Assembly (NCBI GenBank): GCA_951406725.2
Contig: OX597820.1
Span: 64,604,001 to 64,668,000, forward strand
Length of the DNA stretch: 64,000 nt
Reading direction: 5' to 3'
Origin: Octopus vulgaris
Lineage: Eukaryota
The position numbers and the translations under genes are program-made. Below, piece by piece: positions 13,514 to 28,132 of this stretch; the stretch's first letter is position 1; the number at the start of each line of letters is the position of its first letter. Under the pieces are notes generated by a model, which was not told the DNA's origin, made no database searches, and saw nothing but the letters and a program-made list of their open reading frames with translations.

Positions 13514-14126
13514 TTTGTATATATATAAATATATATATATACATACATACACAGATATATACACACATACACATATGGACAGACAGACAATTATGCATAC
13601 ATACCTACATTACGTTACTTTACGTTCAGATTTCAAATCTCTTTATTTGTGCATCTAATGCGTCTTGGATTGTTAAGGCGTATTCCGTTAAAACTGTTGT
13701 AGCCCATTTAATGGTGTATATATCAAAATACTCTTTGAACTCTAAATCAGTATATTTCTAATATCAAAAAAATATATTATATATTCAAAGACTTTTCTGA
13801 TTTATGTGTTGCAGACGACTTTAAGTTTGCTAATATGTATTTCCATTTTGTTATCAAGATGTTACTTTATGATTTACACTGATGTTTAGCTAGCTACTAA
13901 TTCTAGCCTATTTTATGACCACACCGTGGATCCTTGTTTGACTTACCTAGATTTTATGATTCTGTGACTGCTTTAACCGTCGTAACTTTTGTTGGTAAGT
14001 ATAATAATATCCGATTTGTAAAGGAGATTTTTCTTTTAAATCATTGGCTCGTTACAAGGTCCTAAGAGTTGTAAGAGGAAATAATTCAATGATGCAATGA
14101 ATCTGCACTATCGATCTTCGTCTATG

Positions 14127-14281
14127 ATAGATAAATAGATAGATAAATAGATAGATAGATACATACATACATACATGTATACACACATACGTACATACAT
14201 ACATATACATACATACATACATACATAAATACATACATACATACATACATACATACATACATACATACATACATACATACA

Positions 14282-14315
<34 letters not shown>

Positions 14316-14330
14316 GACAGACAGAGAGCG
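14127..14330. repeat. Compound (GATA)n/(CATA)n microsatellite
   Basis: Direct inspection. Confidence 0.9.
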
Positions 14331-14700
14331 AGATAAAGAAAGAGTGAGAGGTACATAGAGAAGCAGACAGATAGATGGTGCAAGATAGAAATTTATGATG
14401 AAAACAGAAGTAATACTGCTGGATATTATGCCCGAAATCATTATGCCAAAAGAGAAAATCCACTTCAGAATAGATTCAAATTCTCCATATTTTTTATGTA
14501 TTTTGTACCTATTTTCTTTTTTTCCTAAGGTAACTTAGTTTTTTCATCATTTCTTGTAGAGAGTTTTCTAATATATTTTTTGTCAGTTTATATTGTATGT
14601 ATGTATGTATGCATGTACGTATGTATGTATGCATGCATGTATGTATGTATGTACGTATTTATGAATGTACGCACATATGTATGAATGTATAGATAGATAT

Positions 14701-14815
<115 letters not shown>

Positions 14816-14858
14816 AGTTAGTATGTATAGATATACATATATATATATACACATTTAT

Positions 14859-16100
14859 ACACTGTGTCCACCAGAAAGAAGTTAATATACATCAAGAAAA
14901 AATACATGCAGAAAAACACACATTTATGCAGACATAGCGTGATTAACACATGTTACCTTTAACCTCTACAATTACAAAACGTGTTCAAAAATTAAGGCCA
15001 TTAGTTTCCAGACATTACTACGGCGAACCTCTGCCTGGCAAATATTAGGCAATTTGTCACATACAGCTTCAGTTTTTTTCTGAAGGACCGTCAGTGTAGC
15101 CAGTTTTCTGCGATACTTGATATCCTTTCAAGTACCCAGAAAGAAAGAGTCTGAGGGTGTTAAAACAAGAGAACGAGAGGCAATATCTTCTTCCTATCCG
15201 ATGTTCTCGCAAAATTTTCATCTAATCTCGCACGCTACGGTAATAATGCGGCTGTGCGTCATTTTGCTGAAAGAAAAAGTCCCCGTTTCTATAAAGTGAA
15301 TATATGGTAGATAAAATCCACGTAAGTAGCATTTTTCGGTACATTTCACTGGTAACAGTCATTTTCAAAGATAGATGGTACCTTAAACCATTTGACGGAA
15401 TCAACGCTAGACATTGATCGCCGGTAAGTTGATAGTTTTGTTCACTTACAAGCAAGGATTTTCTGGTCCCCTGTAATCAGAATTAGGTCGGTTTAATGTC
15501 CATTTTGCTGAAATTTTGCTACATCAAACCAAATATTCGTCTTCACAAACTCTTCATGTGCACCTACCATGTGTTGAAACTATTACAAAACTTGTTTGTT
15601 GTATGAGGATCGCCGTGGTTAACTGTATATAATAATCTTGCAATGTAGGCTTTCCTCTTAGCGCTTTGAAAATACGCCATATTCTTGTACTGCATATTCT
15701 TGTCTCGTGTGCATATTGTGCAGTAAACGTCTGTGTGATGTTCCAGCACCACAGGCGAGAAAGCCCTACCTATTACTATCTTAGTTTTGCAAGGTTTTTC
15801 CTTCTGCACATCACACACTGTACCATGTGTTTCGAACTCGTCATGAATCTGTAAAATTGTCAGACGTGTTAGAATTTCCGACCCAAATTGTCATCTCGAA
15901 TCTTGTTGGACACCACAAGCATTCTCAATCTTGAAATAACACTTTGGAAAGGACTAATGTTTCTTAAACGATAACCATACGGCTGCTGTTGTGTTACAGT
16001 TGCTCTCAGTAGCACCAGATAGTCATGAGTTTCCATTTTTATAAAATCTCAGAATAACACCCATTGAATATTTCATACGCTAACAATTTATCAAGACCTA
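14859..16100 (-). mobile_element. Tc1/mariner-superfamily transposase relic (maT/DD37D-like motifs)
   Basis: Minus strand: TVTSEMYRKML...FFFQQNDAQPHYYRSVRD and IASRSLVLTPSDSFF/GYLK, resembling FQQDGAPPH and WPPRSPDLTPLDFFLWGYLK; TA-CACTGTGTCC terminus at 14859; right boundary approximate. Confidence 0.8.
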
Positions 16101-16285
16101 TCCAACTTTTTCAGTTTCACACCTTACAAAAATTAGAAGATTAGAGTATTTTTCAAACGAAACAATGCTTTGAGGATTTTTCATTAAAATTGATTTTTCT
16201 TGAAATAGCCGAAAGGCCAAAATGGTTAAACATTGATTAAGCTGTGAATATCTGAGTAAATTTAGTATTAAAATATTTCAATATT

Positions 16286-16349
<64 letters not shown>

Positions 16350-16429
16350 TTATATATATATACACACATTTATATATATATATATATATATAGATATATA
16401 TATATACACATTTATATATATATATACAC

Positions 16430-16466
<37 letters not shown>

Positions 16467-16481
16467 TATGTATATAAATTA

Positions 16482-16642
16482 AGGCCGATGAGCTCTTTAT
16501 GTTCAGAGCCCAAATTCCACCGAGGTGGACTTTGCCTTTCATTATTTCGGGGTCGATAGATTAAGTACCAGTTGCATACAGGGGTCGATCCAATCGACTG
16601 GCCTCCTCGCCCCTACAAGAAATTTCGGCCCTTGTGCCTAGA

Positions 16643-16645
<3 letters not shown>
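16482..16645 (+). mobile_element. SINE family A, partial
   Basis: aaattccaccgaggtggactttgcctttcattatttcggggtcgatagattaagtaccag. Confidence 0.8.
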
Positions 16646-16693
<48 letters not shown>

Positions 16694-18159
16694 TATACAC
16701 AGTGGGAGATATATCTGTGTGTGTGTCTGTTTGCATATTTGCTTGTACTGATGTATATATTCTCTCAGAAATTTTAAGCAAACAGTTACAGGAAGACATA
16801 TTTCTTTTACGCAATTCTCACCAAAATACTCGCCCAAGCAAAAGGGAAAGGAAAAACGGTACTTCATTTCCTGTATGTTAATTCTTTCCGTTATCGTTTC
16901 CTTTCCTTTATTCCTTTTTTATTACAGTTTAGTTTTCTTTCTTTTTGTTTTTATTTTCAAAGTTGCACCTGGCTGTGTTTCGATGAATGGGGCTTCGCTG
17001 ACACTTCAACTTGGAGAATAATAGTACTATTTACGCATAACCAATTAATTTAATATTAGTCCTTTTCTTAGTGATGGGGAAGACAGAACTAGCTGCTTTA
17101 TTTGACGTAATAAATGAGATTTATAATGAAAATGAGGAAGAATCTGTGTTGCATAGTAAGTACATTTTTTTTTCACATTATTATCATTATTGCTGTTGTT
17201 AATAAAAATAATAGAGGTAATCTTACACATATATGAAAGCCAATCATAAAAGCAAACCTTACAGATGGAATTTCGTTATTCAAATATTACATTGCTAATA
17301 GTGTACGGGACAAAATCACCAAGCAATGAAGTGTAAAATTACAAACTTTCCACGGATTGATGTGCTGAAATAAAATTAAATTGTTACCTAGTTAATTCGC
17401 GTGCTTACACCTATCTACAACAAGAAATTTTCTCCATGACAGAATCTGGTGAATGCTTTTCTTCTAAGTTCAAATAAGTCTCATGCATAGTTGATCAGGT
17501 AATAAGTTTGTATTTATAGACCTCATTACTTAGCGCATTCGGTCGGTACTTTATTTACGGTGAGTTGATGACTAGCACAACTGGATATTGTATACAATGA
17601 TGGCAATATAATAAGAGCGATCTGTCTCTCTTGTCAGTTCGCAGCGTTTCCGTTTTCTGGTACTGAAGAAAAGATAATCACTCCGAAAAGCATGCATCCA
17701 TCAAGTCTGGCTAGAGAGTGCTGTGAGCTGACTGATACCGCTAGAGCGAGAAATGTTCTCCATAACAAAATACATTGAAAGACCTTCTAACGGATTTGAA
17801 TATGCCTCAACCATGAGTGAACTGGTAATTTTAATAGGATCAGGTTTGGAAGAGTTAAAAACTAAGAATTGCATCCTCGTGGATACAGACTACGTATTAT
17901 GTTATGCAATCTGAGTGAAATAAAAGTAAATCATACATAAATTTCAAAATTATTGTTTTAGTAAACATAAAGTGCGCATTACATTAGGTGGTGGTAAACA
18001 ATCTTCTGATATAAAATGAGATAAGTCACTGCTAATATGCATTTTATTCAATGGCTGCCTAATGAGGAATAACAGTGACGAAGCAAATAAGAAGCTAACA
18101 ATCGAGTCTGAAATCAATGATACATTTTTCTATTCTACGCAGAAATCTAATAATATTGA

Positions 18160-18740
18160 GGAGAGTGAAAAGTTGATTATATCGACTCCATTATTTAGCT
18201 GGTACTCATTTTATCTTCCACGAAGGGATGACAGAAAAATTCAGCTTTACTGGCATCAGAAGGTGAAAAGCCGGGAGAAATGCCTGTATTTTGTCTGGTG
18301 TAATAATTATCCTGCCAGTTTGTTGCCAATAATAATTTCTAATTTTTGTCACAAATACGCCAATTTAAAAGGGGAGACAGAGTTCAATAACATCAAACCC
18401 AACTGCTCAACATTTACTCAATGTATCATCACCAAAGGGGAAATTCGACCTCGGCAGAATGGGCTGGGAAAGAAAAAACCGCTAAGCATCTTTTCCGGCA
18501 AGGTAATTGCTCTGCCAACTCTTCACTAATAATATTTCCTACTATACCATAAGGCTTGAAATATTAGTGAGAGGGAAATCTTGTCGGTCACACGAACCCA
18601 GTGCTCGACTTTTCATTTGTCCACAAATGAAATGAAAAAACAAAGTCATTTTCTGCAGATTTTGAACTCGGAACGTAAAGCCGAAGAAATACCGCTTAGC
18701 CTTTTGTCAGACGCAGTAACAATTCTGTCACCTCCCTGCT
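18160..18740 (-). mobile_element. Cluster of degenerate SINE family A copies
   Basis: About three diverged reverse-complement cores (gacctcggcagaat, tttgaactcggaacgtaaag, ccgcttagc). Confidence 0.55.
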
Positions 18741-19113
18741 AATAGTAGAAATATATAAAGCAGCTGAATTGTTATAGGAAAATAAATGATAATGCACTTC
18801 AACAATATACTGATAGCATGGAGTCAATTAAAACATAATTGTTAAAGTATAACAGATACGAAATGTCGGCTACTGTCTAAATACAACGTTTTGTAATACA
18901 CTCATATGATATTACACTCACCGACACACATTTGTAAACAACTAAATAGAAAAAAATAAAGAATACGTATTTCCTGAGTTCCACTTCAGTCGCTATTATA
19001 ACGTTCCTTGATGAACACGGAAATGATTCTACTTAGCGCAATTGACTTTTGCACATTAATCAATCCACACACTCATTTTAAATGAATCCAAATGGGTCTA
19101 TTCTCACTTCCTC

Positions 19114-19166
<53 letters not shown>

Positions 19167-19773
19167 ATGTGTGTGTGTGTATGTTTGTACGTATGTATGT
19201 ATGTATACACCAAATTGCAGAGACATAGTTTTAAATGGCTATATAATTGCATGCGCTTAAACTCGTATAATGTTTATATAATGTTGATTTAGAAGTAACA
19301 TAATATGTGTGTATGTGTGTGTGTGAGAGAGAGAGAGAGAGTAATTGAGTGAGTGAATGTGTTAGTTAGTCAGTGTGTGTGTGTAGCTGTGTGAGGGGTA
19401 TCCTGCATGCGCATGCGTAACTGCTTTTAGATGTGTTGAGATAAACAAAGGATGGAGGAATGTATCCGGGAAACCAGGTGCGATAAAATATATTTAAAAT
19501 AATATATACACATATTGTTGTATTTGTGGATGGCCATATTGCCAGTTTAGCCAATAAAAACACACGCACTATGTATCTGGTGTTCACTTTCTTCAGCTTT
19601 ATTTTATATTAATTGTATTTCGGTCAGAATTCTTTCGTCACACTTATGACCTCATCAGTGGTCATTTGCTTTCTTCTTTCTGTGCGTCTCTCCTTACTAA
19701 TGATCTGCCATTTTGTATATATACATAAGTATACCTCTTTCAAATCGCGTTTTGTGACAGACACATATGCACA

Positions 19774-19847
<74 letters not shown>

Positions 19848-20473
19848 ATTGCTTCATATCTTCAAATCTCAGCATTTCCATAGACATTAATTTTCGAGAT
19901 GTTTTGTTTTGTATAGGGGTACAACATTCTGAAGTAGAATGGTCAAATCCATTCAACCGTGTGGTTAGACTTTAGCGACAACAATAGCCAAAAAACTGTC
20001 ATAACGTAGGAGTGGAATGTCAGGTACAAAGAGGTATTGACAGATAAAGAGAGGAGACCAAAGACAAGCAGCTTCATCCATTTTTAACAATGCTTAACTT
20101 CGAAGGTATTTTTAACGGGATGGGAAATGAGGTCAGAATAGAGCTCTCTTCAATAATCCAAGTAACGCCATGTTCATATTGCATCTCATCGTCTTCCTTT
20201 GAAGTCTTCTAGGTTTTGAAGAATTTTTGATGTAGTTACAAATAAATTATGCTAACAAATTTATTTTTGATATAGTTAAAAAAATAAATGGCCTTGCAAT
20301 GTATGGCTCGCATAGGTGGAGCGCACGCCACTGGTATTTACATATGTGTGCGTGTGTGCGTGTACATGTTTGCGTTTGTGTGTATATGTTTCAGCATATG
20401 TATTCGGGTGAACGAAATTTAAATATTCGGCTGAAATTTTAGGGAGAAATAGTGAAAATATTCACATCATCAC

Positions 20474-20504
<31 letters not shown>

Positions 20505-20917
20505 ACCCATACACACACTCACACACACATACATACATATATGCTTGTATAATGAGTTTACCTTTTATACATTGCCTTTTCATCCAAACTAAAGAACAGG
20601 TATTTACCCATGTGGTAAAATATTTGGCACTCATATAAAGCTCGTATTTATTCAACCATTTAAGGCTAAACTTATTTTATTTGTGAGGTTCATTTTAAGT
20701 ACCAGCAACATTAGTGTTCTATTGTGCGATGTAGTTCGATAAATCTTGTTAAGATTAGGTTTATTACACACCTTTGTCAGGTTTTGCTTTTCTCTTCGCG
20801 GGTCCAGAGCAATCAACATCAATTATTTCTCTAATGGACACCGGGTTTCAGGTTGCGTGTAGCACTCAAAATTGACATGATATTTTTTGAACACACACTC
20901 ATATACATATTTATGCA

Positions 20918-20959
<42 letters not shown>

Positions 20960-22004
20960 TGCATAAATATGTATACATCCATACATACGTACATATACAC
21001 ACATACAAATATATATATACATCTTGATAAATAACATGCATTATTACAAATATATATATCCACACACACACACACTCACAATATTATGCATATACACATG
21101 CATAGTCGCATATTCATGCATACACGATCACAAACACACATACACACACATATATATGAAAGACAGAGAGGGTGTGAAAGAACTTAAGAAATAAATTTAA
21201 CTCATTATATGATGCGGAAAAATCAGTAAGTATAAAGGAATCCAGTTATAAAACCCATCAGGTTTGTTTTGTTCGGCGCACCCTTGCAAGTGGGAGGATT
21301 GGAGGTTATGTTTCAACAGTTTTGTCACTGAGTTAATTTCGAACTTAAAGTGCTCCTAGTATATTATTTACTCTCAATAAAACACGAATGGAGAAATGGA
21401 AATCCTATCTTATAAAGGCAAATAGATAAGAAAACGGGCGAGTAAAAAAAGAAGGAAAAGACGAGAAGGAATGAGAAAGGAGGAAGAAAAGGGTATAAGA
21501 AAAGTAAAACACAAAACAATGGAAAATTGAAGTAATCCGATAGCGGAAACTATCGTTTATATTTATTACATATTACTGAAATAGGACTGATACAGAAATA
21601 TGAATATGGAATGGAAAATAAAAGTGTATATTAGAAGTGGTGTTGTCGAGTAGAAAGGTTTTGTAAAGAAATTGTGTTAGCTGGTCATATGTACTAGCTG
21701 TATAGTGTAAGAAATGCTAAGAATTGAACTTAAGGCGTTAAGATATATAAGTTAACATGTCTATATTTTATTGGTGTAGTAGAGTTAGATTAACGGAGAC
21801 GACTATCGGCAATTTCATAGCCGGTATAAATAACGATATATTCAGGCTTATCAATGAATATTCAAAATGGTTGCAATTCTGGTTTCTGAGAGAAACCGCG
21901 TCATGACACATACGAGCACACATACACAGACACACACATACACACGCATATATATATATGCGCGCAAGCAAGTTTGTATCTGTATTTATATACATATATA
22001 TATT

Positions 22005-22058
<54 letters not shown>

Positions 22059-22119
22059 GGTAAAAACATAAATCCGAAGGAAAGAGCACACTTAAGATAT
22101 GGTGAAGTACATACTAAAT

Positions 22120-22339
22120 ATGGCGAAGGCCGGTTTATGAGATTATATTAGGTTTCCCGTCCCTAAAGGATTTAGCTTTATGGCGTATCATCATTTCCCA
22201 AAACCTGTTGGCCCAATGCCTTTTAAGAATATGGATGTTTAAGAAACCTTGGACCAACAGGATTTGGGATCTCACGACACGCCACAGACACTCAATGGGC
22301 GGGAAGCCGATGGTAATCCCATAAAGCGGCCTTCTCCAT
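22120..22339. repeat. Diverged long inverted repeat (~220-nt hairpin) between (TA)n runs
   Basis: atggcgaaggccggtttatgagatta pairs with taatcccataaagcggccttctccat; inner cccaaaacctgttggcccaa pairs with ttggaccaacaggatttggg. Confidence 0.8.
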
Positions 22340-22358
22340 TATATATATATATATATAT

Positions 22359-22929
<571 letters not shown>

Positions 22930-23151
22930 ATCAGAGACCGAATGCTATATATACATATATCAAAAACTATGTATTCATCATTTTATACAGAAAATCTTCA
23001 CATGAACACACATATACATAGACATACATATCTGCACACTGATGTAAGTATGTGTATATGATTGTGTGTATGTATGTTTCTATATGTCTATCTATATGTG
23101 TGTACATATATATATATATATATATGTGTGTATATATCTACATATATATGC

Positions 23152-23182
<31 letters not shown>

Positions 23183-23989
23183 CGTATATATTCATATATA
23201 TGCATATATATACGCGTATATATATACACACATATATATGTATACATACATATATACAAATATATGTATACATATATATATATATATGTATATATGTATT
23301 TATGTATATATATACGTATATATATATATGTATATATATATATATACATACACATACACATACGTATGCATTAAATCATGCATATGCCTATATCTACCTA
23401 CACAGCCTCACATATAAACGCACACAATTATATAGCACATAAGTACGTCAACTTGACACATTTATATACTTAGATATGTGTGTGTGTATGTGTGTGCATG
23501 TATGTTTCACTGTGTGTGCCTGAATAAGTGTATGTGTGTATGTATGCACGTGCTTGTGTGTAGAATATATATATATATATATATATATACTTTAATTTTC
23601 AGATTCTGACAATGGTGAAACAACTCAACCGTCAAGACAATAAAATAATTATTGGAACATAGCTAATCTTATTAAAGTTTATTTTTGGATCTTAGTATCT
23701 AAAAACGGGCTTATACTAATCTAAAAATCATATTTGTATATTCAAATTTAATAAGCCACGGTGTATAGAAAAGCTATGTAAACTAAAATGAGAAAAAAAA
23801 ATAGCGGGTGACCGTGATAACTAGTGGTCCTAAATATTACTGCAAATAAACTTTGTGAAAAGGCAGCCAATGTGAATAGTAATAGAGAGAATGGAGAAAA
23901 CAAAAGGCATATGTATGTATGTATGGATGCATGTACATATATATATACATATGTATATAAGTATACATATATATGAATATATTTATATA

Positions 23990-24481
<492 letters not shown>

Positions 24482-24486
<5 letters not shown>

Positions 24487-24781
24487 GAAATGAGGTAATC
24501 AGAAGATCGGATGGTTTATATTTACAGATATTTATTTATATATTACATTTTTTATATATATATCATATCACTTAGATCATTAGCGCTTTCTCCCATTCTA
24601 GTGGGGTTTTCAAATCAAACCCCACTAGAATGGGAGAAGGCGCTAATGATCTTAGTGATATGATATATATATATAAAAATGTAATATATAAATAAATATC
24701 TGTAAATATAAACCATCCGATCTTCTGATTACCTCATTTCTTCTAATATATAATACTTGTACATCATCTTCAGACCTTCCA
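24482..24781. mobile_element. Near-perfect 264-bp palindrome plus ~36-nt tail, inserted in (TA)n
   Basis: Arms 24482-24609 and 24617-24745, 7-nt loop tcaaatc, only a few arm differences; tail ...tacttgtacatcatcttcagaccttcca. Confidence 0.85.
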
Positions 24782-24796
24782 ATATATATATGTGTA

Positions 24797-24990
<194 letters not shown>

Positions 24991-25029
24991 CGTATGTGTG
25001 TGTGTATATATATATGCATGTATGTATGC

Positions 25030-25410
25030 CGGCTACATCGGCTAGAGTACTGGACTAGTACTTAATTTATCGACCCTTCGACCACGATAGTTGACATCGA
25101 TATTGGCAGAATTTTAGCTCAGGAATGCAAAGACGGACGAAATGCTCCTAAGCTTTCTATCCGACATCTTTACGTTTATGCCTTCTCGCAGCATTAATAA
25201 ATATAATAAATATAGGCACAATACCTTAAATTTTAGGGTTGGGATATAATCAATAAAATCGACCCCAGTGCTCACCTGTTACTTATTTCGTCGACCCCGA
25301 AATGGTGAAAGGCAAAGCTGACGGTGGCGAATTGAGCTCTGAACGGTAAGACGGACGAAATGCCGCGAAGCATTCTCCCCGGCGTGTTAACGATTGTACT
25401 AGCTTGCTGC
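25030..25410 (-). mobile_element. Two tandem SINE family A copies
   Basis: ttatcgaccc...ggcagaattttagctcagg and tcgaccccgaaatggtgaaaggcaaagctgacggtggcgaattgagctctgaacg. Confidence 0.75.
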
Positions 25411-25999
25411 TTTTAGTTATACTAGTAATGAGGTATATTGTTATATACAATTGTAGATAATTACAAAAATAAAACATAGGAAAGATATGATATAGCCGTA
25501 AAAAAAAAGCAGAGTTAAATTTTCATGAAGACCACCGTGGCTTATGCAAACTAAAAGAAAAGTATTTTATTTTCCAACCTTTTGAAATGAAATGATAAAT
25601 GTATACAAACTCTTTGTGATTGAACTTAGTGGAAAAAAGGAGATGATACTTATTCATGTTAGTGTATTAGATTAATTTAGTAGGTTTTATGTTGTTTTAT
25701 TGCTTTGTGTGTGATTATCAGTTCTTTCTGGTTTCAAAGAATAACATCGAGTACGTAAACAAATAATAGTTAGGCTGGCGTTGCCTGTGTCGCCAACCCA
25801 TATCTTATCTGTTGACGAATTATCTATCAAAAAAAAATTGGCGAAAGTAATCTTTCCGAACGGATAACAATATGCCAGTTTAACTAAAAACAAAACTTAT
25901 AGATAAGTAGATATAAATTTGGAGAAGTTAATTATGGCAACAATGAGATAATGAGCAATAAATGAAAAAGTGTGTATGCGAGCGTTGATAAGATTTGAA

Positions 26000-26800
26000 A
26001 AAAAATCTTGCGCTGACATAATCTGAAAGTGCGATTTAAGACCACTAAATAAATTGCACATCGCAATATAAATTCGATATAAGATAGATTAGAAGTATTG
26101 GAATGGTTTGAAAATTGTGTGCTTCTAAGAAATTAATCCTTCGAAATGTCTGTTGAATAGGATTTTCTTGGTATCTATAATTCTCAAGGTATTTGTAGTA
26201 GAAAATGAGGAAGGCTGTAGTTACTTATTAAGTATTTAGCCAAACCAATATTACTCTAGTGTTGTTTTTAGTGCATGATTTATTCTTACAATCCCAAATA
26301 TTGATGGAAAGAGTTGTAGCCTTTAATTTTAGTAAGATGAGTGTTTCGAAATTTTGAGGGACGAGGAACGAAGCCCCGCCGTTCGATTTTATAGCTTTCA
26401 TATTTTGTAATTTGCATAAGTGGGTTTACATTTACTTCAACAGTTTCGAGTCAAAGGAAACAATAGTGAGAGTTGCAATTGGAAGAATTTTAACAATTAA
26501 AGATACAATTAATTCGATTAGATTTATGTTAGAGATAGTAAAGATTAGTCACATTGGTCAAGTCTGAGTAAGGTATTTTTACAGTTCATTTATATGTAAA
26601 TGCTTTAATATATAATTTTGAAGGACATAAAGCAATATTGACGGGAAATTGTATTTTGAATTGCGGATTGGATTATGCAAGGCATTTATATTATTGGAAA
26701 TAATCTACTTATATTAATAACTAGAAACCTGAGGAACAACTTAAGTGCTAACATGTTGTGTAATCCAATTAAAACATTCTTAACTCCTAAGATTCATTCA
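26000..26800 (-). mobile_element. Highly degraded Penelope-like element C-terminal region (thumb/linker/GIY-YIG)
   Basis: Minus strand TVKIPYSDLTNV (26541-26585; cf. TVKISYSCMPN), NCN..C.PL..NC linker, ATTLSINIWDCKN (26282-26320; cf. ATTLSKYIWELK); boundaries approximate. Confidence 0.55.
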
Positions 26801-26989
26801 TATATGTACGACTTTTGACCTCATAACTATATCTCTACATTGTCTCTCTCTCTCATACACACACACAAATACACACACATGCACACACACATATATAGAC
26901 TTACACGCGCAAACACACGTAACTTAAGAGTATTTTCAGAAAATGCAGATTCACACAGGTGTATATCAGTATACTTTCTTCAGTTCCTT

Positions 26990-27180
26990 TGATTCAGTGT
27001 GGAGCAGTATGCCAAGAATTAGAACTCCGTTTATTTCGCCCTTTGGTAATGGGTTGCAGGTCAACACAGCTTTAATCATCAACCACTCGGACTTTCAAAT
27101 GTCTTTGCATTACTTCGTACGCATTCTCTCAGGACTGCTTCCCCGTATCAGGACATGTTTCATATTTTCTCTTGTTGGCG
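26990..27180 (-). repeat. Diverged dispersed repeat, probable LINE (RTE-like) 3' end; second copy at ~28880-29070
   Basis: Shared blocks tttcgc(c/t)ctttggtaatgg(g/a)ttgcaggt, ttgcattacttc, aggact, tatcaggac in the same order at both sites. Confidence 0.5.
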
Positions 27181-27193
27181 TATAACTATGTAG

Positions 27194-27357
27194 GCGTAGA
27201 CGTGGCTGTATAGTAAGAAGGTTGTTTCCTAACCACATGGTTCCGGGTTCAGTCCCACTGTGTGGCATATTAGACATGTACCATCTGTTATAGATTCGGG
27301 TGGATCAAAACTTTGTGAGTGGATTTGGTAGACGGAAACTGAAAACCCATCGTGTAT

Positions 27358-27410
<53 letters not shown>

Positions 27411-27565
27411 TGAACGCCTTTGTTCGGCAAAGAAGAGTTCGATAGAATAAGTATTAGGCTTCAAAATTAAGACCTGAGGTCGATTTGTAAGACTAAAAAC
27501 CATTGAAGGCAGTCCTCCAACATGGCTGCAGTCAGATGACTGATACATGTAAAAGAATAAGAGGA
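27194..27565 (+). mobile_element. SINE family B with internal (CA)n(TA)n microsatellite
   Basis: Head ggcgtagacgtggctgta..., ccgggttcagtcccactg, and 3' part ttcggcaaaag...ctccaacatggctgcagtcagatgactga. Confidence 0.85.
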
Positions 27566-27979
27566 TATAACAATAAACACACACAAACGCATACACACAC
27601 ACCACACACATCTAGTATATATGAAGCCCAGTATGCATGTGTATAATGATTAATACATATTTTATCCAAACGTTACAAACGCATCACTTATGTCCCAAGG
27701 ATGGTCATGCACTATGACATTTTGTACAGAGCACCCACGTAAATTAACGTAAATGGACATAGTTTTTATACGTAGGATCTTCCATACTTTTTAAATCTTT
27801 TTATAAAAGTGAAAGGATTTTGTCTATTTATTTATTTCGACTGTCCAACTGCGCAGTGACCCAGTCAGGAAACGGGATTTAGAAGCTGTCATTTTTTTTT
27901 CATGTAAATAAATGTTTGTGTTAATTTAAATGATTTATTCAAAAAAATCTTATTTAGATGTTATTTTTAGGTACTTCTC

Positions 27980-28098
27980 ACTTTTGCCAGCTGAGTAAAC
28001 TGGAGCAACGTGAAATAAAGTATCTTGCTTAACACAACGGTCCGCCAGGTATTGAACTCATGACTATAAGCCATAACCACTTAGCCACGCGTCTTCAC
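27980..28098 (-). mobile_element. SINE family C, 5' fragment
   Basis: Reverse complement gtgaagacgcgtggctaagtggtta...gagttcaatacc...atttcacgttgctccagtttactcagctggc. Confidence 0.7.
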
Positions 28099-28132
28099 TA
28101 GACGCATATATACAAAGAACTATGTAATGGCT

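Noticed and set aside
19960-20335. Possible hAT transposase remnant (KPRRLQRKTMRCN) upstream of a TIR-like end
   Set aside because: Only one weak motif and no partner TIR found, so not supportable as a feature
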